Part shown: in pieces, positions 25,397 through 34,650 of the stretch
Position numbering within the stretch: position 1 is the first letter of the stretch
Layout: each line of letters begins with the position of its first letter
Assembly: GCA_030390025.1 (NCBI GenBank)
Contig: JASTWF010000033.1
Coordinates: forward strand, 1,242,001 to 1,306,000
DNA length: 64,000 bases
Direction: 5' to 3'
Source of the DNA: Squalus acanthias
Taxonomy: Eukaryota
The notes under the pieces: generated by a model
Databases searched by the model: none
The model's input: only the letters and a program-made list of their open reading frames with translations
What the model was told of the DNA's origin: nothing
Program-made: the position numbers and the translations under genes

Positions 25397-26281
25397 CTCA
25401 CAGCAAATTCCATCTTGTGTCATTCTTTTGGAGGATTTTCTAACCCCGGGTGGCATTACTCCTCCGGCTCATTCCTCACTTCGGGCAATGTGACCCGACC
25501 AGATCTCGGAGCTCAGGTTGTGTTCATGTAAAGCTGGGTTTTGGATAAAGATACAAAGCTGACACAGCCGGGGGGACCTCACCGTGTTGGACAAAGCGTG
25601 GAATGAACCAATACAGTTACAGAACACAACACATGTGTAAAATTCAATGTTCTTTTCTCCGCACTGATGGGTTGTGAAGGGAGAGACGAACCGAAGTCTC
25701 ACTGATCACTAGACAAGCTGAAATGATGTCAAGTTCAATCTTCAGCCGCAGGTATGGTGCTCCCACACAGAACTGAAAATGCCCAGGCTGCATCCCGGCC
25801 TGTGGTCTCTTCGTTCCTCACTCAGTGGGCAATACAGGAAGGGCTCAGGCCTAATGAATATCTTCATGCTCAGGTTAAGTTATCACTGCCCAGGCACTCT
25901 CTGATTCCAGTCTTGCACACGTTGCTAAGTTTCGAATGCTGCATTTTTCACACTGGCAACGAATTGATTGATAGCCGTGCCTGTAATAAGCTAAGTTTGT
26001 TAGGGAGATGCAGTGGGCAAGAAGATACACGGAACACTGATAATAACCGTGACTGTCCTGACACTGTCCTGACACTGTGAACTGCAGTTAAATGTTGGCA
26101 ACATTTCAATGTCAATCGGCAAGTCTAAAAGTCGACATTTCCTGCTGCCTTTGAAACAGCATGCATTTCACAGAAATCAAGGCAGTGTATTTTGCATGAC
26201 TGTTGCGTTAGATCAGGGGCGAGCATCGTTTCGCGAATGTGCGTTGAATGGTGGCATTTCAAACAGCCCCAAAACGCACTG

Positions 26282-26353
26282 TTCCCTGACCGGGAATCGA
26301 ACCCGGACCGCGGCGGTGAGAGCGCCGCATCCTAACCACTAGACCACCAGGGA
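26282..26353 (-). tRNA. TRNAE-CUC: tRNA-Glu(CTC) (C48U variant)
   Basis: Array copy; acccggaccg versus acccgggccg. Confidence 0.92.
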
Positions 26354-26868
26354 AGCTACAGCAAGCTCCCTGCCAGAAAGCACAGCAAGGCAGTCTTTCC
26401 TGCGTGCTCCTTTGAAATTCAGATGCTTTCGCGCCAGGCAAACTGTTCGTACAAAATGACATTTTTTAGTTGAGAACACAAAAGACGTGTTCGCGAAACC
26501 ACGGCAGCAAGTGCTGATAGGCATGCACTTGAAATCGATTTCCTTCTGTGCTCTGGATGTTGCCTCTCTCGGGGCCGGGCCTACATTTCATTGATGCATT
26601 TACTCCTGAGCCTTTTGCCCATCTCGCGGGGTCAGAGCCGCTCTGTCTGTCTCTTACCCGCTTGTGACCATTAACGGGAACAGGCCGCCAGTTCAACGTT
26701 CATCAGCAAACCCAAAAACACAAATAAACGTCTCTCCGCCTCGGTGGCAAAGGTTCAATGGATGTTATTCCAAATAATTCCCCCGTGAGAGTCTGCGTGG
26801 ATTGGTTTCATTATAAAGTTTCTATTTGAAATGTGCGAGAAAAGCGTAAAATTATGAAAACATTCTGA

Positions 26869-26942
26869 TGGCCCGTACGGGGATCGAACCCGCGACCTTG
26901 GCGTTATTAGCACCACGCTCTCGCCAACTGAGCTAACCGGCC
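26869..26942 (-). tRNA. TRNAI-AAU: tRNA-Ile(AAT)
   Basis: Array copy, intact cloverleaf. Confidence 0.95.
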
Positions 26943-27364
26943 ACAAAGCGCACAACGGATAGGCTCGCACCCAGCCTGGGGGATTGTTTTTCAGTCTCAC
27001 ACTGGGTGACCGATTTACTGCACAAACATTGAACACACCACATCGCTGAAACATTGTCAACTGTTCCTGTATACATCTGGGCAGAGTGTCAATCGAAAGT
27101 TACAGAGAAAGAGCTCTTTAATCTAACAAAACTCATTCTAAAATTTATTATCGCACCACCGCTGAACAGCCCCCCACCCTCCAACACTGTCCAGGTAAAA
27201 AGAGAGCCGGCGGGACCCCGACTGGATTCGAACCAGCAGCGGGCGGTTGGAGCCGGATCTAACGTGGTTCGGGCCCATTTCTTTGGTCGACGCGAGCTCA
27301 GAAGTGGAAAATCTCTCCTGAATCGTTCCTCTTATAGTGAAGGAGACAAAAAGTAACTAAAACC

Positions 27365-27437
27365 TGCCGAAACCCGGGATCGAACCAGGGACCTTTAGAT
27401 CTTCAGTCTAACGCTCTCCCAACTGAGCTATTTCGGC
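27365..27437 (-). tRNA. TRNAF-GAA: tRNA-Phe(GAA)
   Basis: Array copy, canonical sequence. Confidence 0.96.
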
Positions 27438-28332
27438 CTCACAGCAAATTCCATCTTGTGTCATTCTTTTGGAGGATTTTCTAACCCCGGGTGGCATTAC
27501 TCCTCCGGCTCATTCCTCACTTCGGGCAATGTGACCCGACCAGATCTCGGAGCTCAGGTTGTGTTCATGTAAAGCTGGGTTTTGGATAAAGATACAAAGC
27601 TGACACAGCCGGGGGGACCTCACCGTGTTGGACAAAGCGTGGAATGAACCAATACAGTTACAGAACACAACACATGTGTAAAATTCAATGTTCTTTTCTC
27701 CGCACTGATGGGTTGTGAAGGGAGAGACGGGCCGAAGTCTCACTGAGCCGCACTGATCACGAGACAAGCTGAAATGATGTCAAGTTCAATCTTCAGCCGC
27801 AGGTATGGTGCTCCCACACAGAACTGAAAATGCCCAGGCTGCATCCCGGCCTGTGGTCTCTTCGTTCCTCACTCAGTGGGCAATACAGGAAGGGCTCAGG
27901 CCTAATGAATATCTTCATGCTCAGGTTAAGTTATCACTGCCCAGGCACTCTCTGATTCCAGTCTTGCACACGTTGCTAAGTTTCGAATGCTGCATTTTTC
28001 ACACTGGCAACGAATTGATTGATAGCCGTGCCTGTAATAAGCTAAGTTTGTTAGGGAGATGCAGTGGGCAAGAAGATACACGGAACACTGATAATAACCG
28101 TGACTGTCCTGACACTGTCCTGACACTGTGAACTGCAGTTAAATGTTGGCAACATTTCAATGTCAATCGGCAAGTCTAAAAGTCGACATTTCCTGCTGCC
28201 TTTGAAACAGCATGCATTTCACAGAAATCAAGGCAGTGTATTTTGCATAACTGTTGCGTTAGATCAGGGGCGAGCATCGTTTCGCGAATGTGCGTTGAAT
28301 GGTGGCATTTCAAACAGCCCCAAAACGCACTG

Positions 28333-28404
28333 TTCCCTGACCGGGAATCGAACCCGGACCGCGGCGGTGAGAGCGCCGCATCCTAACCACGAGACCACCA
28401 GGGA
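28333..28404 (-). tRNA. TRNAE-CUC: tRNA-Glu(CTC), A14C + C48U variant, possibly impaired
   Basis: ccacgagacc versus ccactagacc hits the invariant A14 of the A box. Confidence 0.78.
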
Positions 28405-28920
28405 AGCTACAGCAAGCTCCCTGCCAGAAAGCACAGCAAGGCAGTCTTTCCTGCGTGCTCCTTTGAAATTCAGATGCTTTCGCGCCAGGCAAACTGTTCG
28501 TACAAAATGACATTTTTTAGTTGAGAACACAAAAGACGTGTTCGCGAAACCACGGCAGCAAGTGCTGATAGGCATGCACTTGAAATCGATTTCCTTCTGT
28601 GCTCTGGATGTTGCCTCTACTCGGGGCCGGGCCTACATTTCATTGATGCATTTACTCCTGAGCCTTTTGCCCATCTCGCGGGGTCAGAGCCGCTCTGTCT
28701 GTCTCTTACCCGCTTGTGACCATTAACGGGAACAGGCCGCCAGTTCAACGTTCATCAGCAAACCCAAAAACACAAATAAACGTCTCTCCGCCTCGGTGGC
28801 AAAGGTTCAATGGATGTTATTCCAAATAATTCCCCCGTGAGAGTCTGCGTGGATTGGTTTCATTATAAAGTTTCTATTTGAAATGTGCGAGAAAAGCGTA
28901 AAATTATGAAAACATTCTGA

Positions 28921-28994
28921 TGGCCCGTACGGGGATCGAACCCGCGACCTTGGCGTTATTAGCACCACGCTCTCGCCAACTGAGCTAACCGGCC
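28921..28994 (-). tRNA. TRNAI-AAU: tRNA-Ile(AAT)
   Basis: Array copy, intact cloverleaf. Confidence 0.95.
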
Positions 28995-29416
28995 ACAAAG
29001 CGCACAACGGATAGGCTCGCACCCAGCCTGGGGGATTGTTTTTCAGTCTCACACTGGGTGACCGATTTACTGCACAAACATTGAACACACCACATCGCTG
29101 AAACATTGTCAACTGTTCCTGTATACATCTGGGCAGAGTGTCAATCGAAAGTTACAGAGAAAGAGCTCTTTAATCTAACAAAACTCATTCTAAAATTTAT
29201 TATCGCACCACCGCTGAACAGCCCCCCACCCTCCAACACTGTCCAGGTAAAAAGAGAGCCGGCGGGACCCCGACTGGATTCGAACCAGCAGCGGGCGGTT
29301 GGAGCCGGATCTAACGTGGTTCGGGCCCATTTCTTTGGTCGACGCGAGCTCAGAAGTGGAAAATCTCTCCTGAATCGTTCCTCTTATAGTGAAGGAGACA
29401 AAAAGTAACTAAAACC

Positions 29417-29489
29417 TGCCGAAACCCGGGATCGAACCAGGGACCTTTAGATCTTCAGTCTAACGCTCTCCCAACTGAGCTATTTCGGC
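29417..29489 (-). tRNA. TRNAF-GAA: tRNA-Phe(GAA)
   Basis: Array copy, canonical sequence. Confidence 0.96.
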
Positions 29490-30388
29490 CTCACAGCAAA
29501 TTCCATCTTGTGTCATTCTTTTGGAGGATTTTCTAACCCCGGGTGGCATTACTCCTCCGGCTCATTCCTCACTTCGGGCAATGTGACCCGACCAGATCTC
29601 GGAGCTCAGGTTGTGTTCATGTAAAGCTGGGTTTTGGATAAAGATACAAAGCTGACACAGCCGGGGGGACCTCACCGTGTTGGACAAAGCGTGGAATGAA
29701 CCAATACAGTTACAGAACACAACACATGTGTAAAATTCAATGTTCTTTTCTCCGCACTGATGGGTTGTGAAGGGAGAGACGGGCCGAAGTCTCACTGAGC
29801 CGCACTGATCACGAGACAAGCTGAAATGATGTCAAGTTCAATCTTCAGCCGCAGGTATGGTGCTCCCACACAGAACTGAAAATGCCCAGGCTGCATCCCG
29901 GCCTGTGGTCTCTTCGTTCCTCACTCAGTGGGCAATACAGGAAGGGCTCAGGCCTAATGAATATCTTCATGCTCAGGTTAAGTTATCACTGCCCAGGCAC
30001 TCTCTGATTCCAGTCTTGCACACGTTGCTAAGTTTCGAATGCTGCATTTTTCACACTGGCAACGAATTGATTGATAGCCGTGCCTGTAATAAGCTAAGTT
30101 TGTTAGGGAGATGCAGTGGGCAAGAAGATACACGGAAGACTGATAATAACCGTGACTGTCCTGACACTGTGAACTGCAGTTAAATGTTGGCAACATTTCA
30201 AGTGTCAATCGGCAAGTCTAAAAGTCGACAGAAAGGGCTAATCATTTCCTGCTGCCTTTGAAACAGCATGCATTTTACAGAAATCAAGGCAGTGTATTTT
30301 GCATAACTGTTGCGTTAGATCAGGGGCGAGCATCGTTTCGCGAATGTGCGTTGAATGGTGGCATTTCAAACAGCCCCAAAACGCACTG

Positions 30389-30460
30389 TTCCCTGACCGG
30401 GAATCGAACCCGGGCCGCGGCGGTGAGAGCGCCGCATCCTAACCACTAGACCACCAGGGA
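30389..30460 (-). tRNA. TRNAE-CUC: tRNA-Glu(CTC)
   Basis: Array copy, intact cloverleaf. Confidence 0.95.
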
Positions 30461-30975
30461 AGCTACAGCAAGCTCCCTGCCAGAAAGCACAGCAAGGCAG
30501 TCTTTCCTGCGTGCTCCTTTGAAATTCAGATGCTTTCGCGCCAGGCAAACTGTTCGTACAAAATGACATTTTTTAGTTGAGAACACAAAAGACGTGTTCG
30601 CGAAACCATGGCAGCAAGTGCTGATAGGCATGCACTTGAAATCGATTTCCTTCTGTGCTCTGGATGTTGCCTCTCTCGGGGCCGGGCCTACATTTCATTG
30701 AAGCATTCACTCCTGAGCCTTTTGCCCATCTCGCGGGGTCAGAGCCGCTCTGTCTGTCTCTTACCCGCTTGTGACCATTAACGGGAACAGGCCGCCAGTT
30801 CCACGTTCATCAGCAAACCCAAAAACACAAATAAACGTCTCTCCGCCTCGGTGGCAAAGGTTCAATGGATGTTATCCCAAATAATTCCCCCGTGAGAGTC
30901 TGCGTGGATTGGTTTCATTATAAAGTTTCTATTTGAAATGTGCGAGAAAAGCGTAAAATTATGAAAACATTCTGA

Positions 30976-31049
30976 TGGCCCGTACGGGGATCGAACCCGC
31001 GACCTTGGCGTTATTAGCACCACGCTCTTGCCAACTGAGCTAACCGGCC
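30976..31049 (-). tRNA. TRNAI-AAU: tRNA-Ile(AAT) (D-loop GGCAAGAGC variant)
   Basis: Array copy, intact stems. Confidence 0.93.
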
Positions 31050-31471
31050 ACAAAGCGCACAACGGATAGGCGCGAACCCAGCCTGGGGGATTGTTTTTCA
31101 GTCTCACACTGGGTGACCGAGTTACTGCACAAACATTGAACACACCACATCGCTGAAACATTGTCAACTGTTCCTGTATACATCTGGGCAGAGTGTCAAT
31201 CGAAAGTTACAGAGAAAGAGCTCTTTAATCTAACAAAACTCATTCTAAAATTTATTATCGCACCACCGCTGAACAGCCCCCCACCCTCCAACACTGTCCC
31301 GGTAAAAAGAGAGCCGGCGGGACCCCGACTGGATTCGAACCAGCAGCGGGCGGTTGGAGCCGGATCTAACGTGGTTCGGGCCCATTTCTTTGGTAGACGC
31401 GAGCTCAGAAGTGGAAAATCTCTCCTGAATCGTTCCTCTTATAGTGAAGGAGACAAAAAGTAACTAAAACC

Positions 31472-31544
31472 TGCCGAAACCCGGGATCGAACCAGGGACC
31501 TTTAGATCTTCAGTCTAACGCTCTCCCAACTGAGCTATTTCGGC
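31472..31544 (-). tRNA. TRNAF-GAA: tRNA-Phe(GAA)
   Basis: Array copy, canonical sequence. Confidence 0.96.
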
Positions 31545-32443
31545 CTCACAGCAAATTCCATCTTGTGTCATTCTTTTGGAGGATTTTCTAACCCCGGGTG
31601 GCATTACTCCTCCGGCTCATTCCTCACTTCGGGCAATGTGACCCGACCAGATCTCGGAGCTCAGGTTGTGTTCATGTAAAGCTGGGTTTTGGATAAAGAT
31701 ACAAAGCTGACACAGCCGGGGGGACCTCACCGTGTTGGACACAGCGTGGAATGAACCAATACAGTTACAGAACACAACACATGTGTAAAATTCAATGTTC
31801 TTTTCTCCGCACTGATGGGTTGTGAAGGGAGAGACGGGCCGAAGTCTCACTGAGCCGCACTGATCACGAGACAAGCTGAAATGATGTCAAGTTCAATCTT
31901 CAGCCGCAGGTATGGTGCTCCCACACAGAACTGAAAATGCCCAGGCTGCATCCCGGCCTGTGGTCTCTTCGTTCCTCACTCAGTGGGCAATACAGGAAGG
32001 GCTCAGGCCTAATGAATATCTTCATGCTCAGGTTAAGTTATCACTGCCCAGGTACTCTCTGATTCCAGTCTTGCACACGTTGCTAAGTTTCGAATGCTGC
32101 ATTTTTCAGACTGGCAACGAATTGATTGATAGCCGTGCCTGTAATAAGCTAAGTTTGTTAGGGAGATGCAGTGGGCAAGAAGATACACGGAAGACTGATA
32201 ATAACCGTGACTGTCCTGACACTGTGAACTGCAGTTAAATGTTGCCAACATTTCAAGTGTCAATCGGCAAATCTAAAAGTCGACAGAAAGGGCTAATCAT
32301 TTCCTGCTGCCTTTGAAACAGCATGCATTTTACAGAAATCAAGGCAGTGTATTTTGCATAACTGTTGCGTTAGATCAGGGGCGAGCATCGTTTCGCGAAT
32401 GTGCGTTGAATGGTGGCATTTCAAACAGCCCCAAAACGCACTG

Positions 32444-32515
32444 TTCCCTGACCGGGAATCGAACCCGGGCCGCGGCGGTGAGAGCGCCGCATCCTAACCA
32501 CTAGACCACCAGGGA
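32444..32515 (-). tRNA. TRNAE-CUC: tRNA-Glu(CTC)
   Basis: Array copy, intact cloverleaf. Confidence 0.95.
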
Positions 32516-33018
32516 AGCTACAGCAAGCTCCCTGCCAGAAAGCACAGCAAGGCAGTCTCCTTTGAAATTCAGATGCTTTCGCGCCAGGCAAACTGTTCGT
32601 ACAAAATGACATTTTTTAGTTGAGAACACAAAAGACGTGTTCGCGAAACCATGGCAGCAACTGCTGATAGGCATGCACTTGAAATCGATTTGCTTCTGTG
32701 CTCTGGATGTTGCCTCTCTCGGGGCCGGGCCTACATTTCATTGAAGCATTCACTCCTGAGCCTTTTGCCCATCTCGCGGGGTCAGAGCCGCTCTGTCTGT
32801 CTCTTACCCGCTTGTGACCATTAACGGGAACAGGCCGCCAGTTCAACGTTCATCAGCAAACCCAAAAACACAAATAAACGTCTCTCCGCCTCGGTGGCAA
32901 AGGTTCAATGGATGTTATTCCAAATAATTCCCCCGTGAGAGTCTGCGTGGATTGGTTTCATTATAAAGTTTCTATTTGAAATGTGCGAGAAAAGCGTAAA
33001 ATTATGAAAACATTCTGA

Positions 33019-33092
33019 TGGCCCGTACGGGGATCGAACCCGCGACCTTGGCGTTATTAGCACCACGCTCTTGCCAACTGAGCTAACCGGCC
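33019..33092 (-). tRNA. TRNAI-AAU: tRNA-Ile(AAT) (D-loop GGCAAGAGC variant)
   Basis: Array copy, intact stems. Confidence 0.93.
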
Positions 33093-33505
33093 ACAAAGCG
33101 CACAACGGATAGGCTCGCACCCAGCCTGGGGGATTGTTTTTCAGTCTCACACTGGGTGACCGAGTTTCTGCACAAACATTGAACACACCACATCGCTAAA
33201 ACATTGTCAACTGTTCCTGTATACATCTGGGCAGAGTGTCAATCGAAAGTTACAGAGAAAGAGCTCTTTAATCTAACTAACTTCATTCTAAAATTTATTA
33301 TCTGCTGAACAGCCCCTCCCTCAAACGCTGTCCCGGTATAAATAGAACCGACGGGACCCCGACTGGATTCGAAACCGGAGCGGGCGGTTGGAGCCGGATT
33401 TAACGTGGTTCGGACCCATTTCTTTGGTAGACGCGGGCTCAGAAATGGAAAATCTCTCCTGAATCGTTCCTCTTATAGTGAAGGAGACAAAAAGTAACTA
33501 AAACC

Positions 33506-33578
33506 TGCCGAAACCCGGGATCGAACCAGAAAGCTTTAGATCGTGAGTCTAACGCTCTCCCTACTGAGCTATTTCGGC
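33506..33578 (-). tRNA. tRNA-Phe-derived gene with CAC (Val) anticodon; anticodon-shifted, function uncertain
   Basis: GCCGAAATAGCTCAGTAGGGAGAGCGTTAGACT-CAC-GATCTAAAGCTTTCTGGTTCGATCCCGGGTTTCGGCA; all four stems still pair; B box and terminator intact. Confidence 0.8.
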
Positions 33579-34395
33579 CTCACAGGGAATCCCGTCTTGT
33601 ATCATTCTTTTGGAGGATTTTCTAACCCCGAGTGGCATTGCTCCTCCGGCTCATTCCTCACTTCGGGCAATGTGACCCATAGAAACATAGAACATAGAAA
33701 CATAGAAAATAGGTACAGGAGCAGATCATTCAGTCCTTCGAGCCTGCACCGCCATTCAATGCGTTCATGGCTGAACATGCTACCTCAGTAGCCCATTCCT
33801 GCTTTCTCGCCATACCCCTTGATTCCCCCTAGTTGTGAGTGTTTTTTCTAACACCCTCTTGAATATATTTCGCGAACTGGCCTCAACAACCTTCTGTGGA
33901 AGAGAATTCCATAGATTCACCACTCTCTGGGTGAAGAAGTTCCTCCTCAGCTCAGTCTTAAATGGCTTCCCCTTTATCCTTAGAATACGACCCCTGGTTC
34001 TAGTTTTCCCCAACATTGGGAACATTCTGCCCGCATCTAATTTGTCTAAACCAGTCAGGATTTTAAATGTCTCTATAAGATCCCCCCTCATTCTTCTGAA
34101 CTCCAGAGGATACAAGTTCAGTTGACCAAATCTTTCTTGATATGTCAGTCCGGCCATCCCAGGAATCAATCTAGTGAACCTTCGCTGCACTCCCTCAACA
34201 GCAAGAATGTCCTTCCTTAAGTTAGGAGACCAAAACTGCGCACAATACTCCAGGTGTGGCCTCACCAAGGCCCTGTACAACTGCAGCATCACCTATACGA
34301 TAGCAAAATACTGCGGATGCTGGAAATCCGAAATAACAACAGAAAACGCTGGAAAAACTCAGCAGGCCAGGCAACATCCGTGGAGAGAGAAAGAG

Positions 34396-34431
34396 AGTTA
34401 ACGTTTCAGGTCGAAACCCTTCGTCGGAACT
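34396..34431 (-). ncRNA. Minimal type I hammerhead ribozyme-like motif (U4C core variant)
   Basis: Reverse complement AGTT-CCGACGA-AGG-gtttcga-CCT-GAAAC-GTT-AACT. Confidence 0.6.
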
Positions 34432-34614
34432 GAGAGAGCAAGAAATAAACAGATAAAAATGCAAGGGGGAGGCTGGGGGGAGGAATAAAAGAACAAAAGG
34501 GATGGTCTTTAGTGAGTAGAGACATTGAGAGATGCTCAAGGCAAGACGAGATGGTAATGGGACAGGTTGAGAAACAAAAGGTATTTCTCAATGTCTCTTA
34601 TTTCTTGCTCTCTC

Positions 34615-34650
34615 AGTTCCGACGAAGGGTTTCGACCTGAAACGTTAACT
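34615..34650 (+). ncRNA. Minimal type I hammerhead ribozyme-like motif (U4C core variant)
   Basis: AGTT-CCGACGA-AGG-gtttcga-CCT-GAAAC-GTT-AACT: stem I AGTT/AACT, stem II AGG/CCT, palindromic AACGTT at stem III. Confidence 0.6.

Larger units (their letters stand above)
1..33678. repeat. Tandem tRNA-gene array, ~2.02-2.06 kb unit x ~16.5 (tRNA-Ile(AAT), tRNA-Phe(GAA), tRNA-Glu(CTC) per unit, all minus strand); continues past the left edge of the window
   Basis: The same sequence recurs about every 2050 bp (Ile 3' ends at 267, 2297, 4350, 6401, 8448 ... 33019). Units differ only by scattered SNPs and small indels. Confidence 0.98.

Noticed and set aside
452..33186. Recurrent 60-118-aa ORFs in each array unit (MSTVPVY..., MVLPHRT..., MTMF... 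and others)
   Set aside because: They recur only because the DNA is repeated, overlap tRNA genes, often use non-ATG starts, show no recognisable domains, and are freely frameshifted between units.
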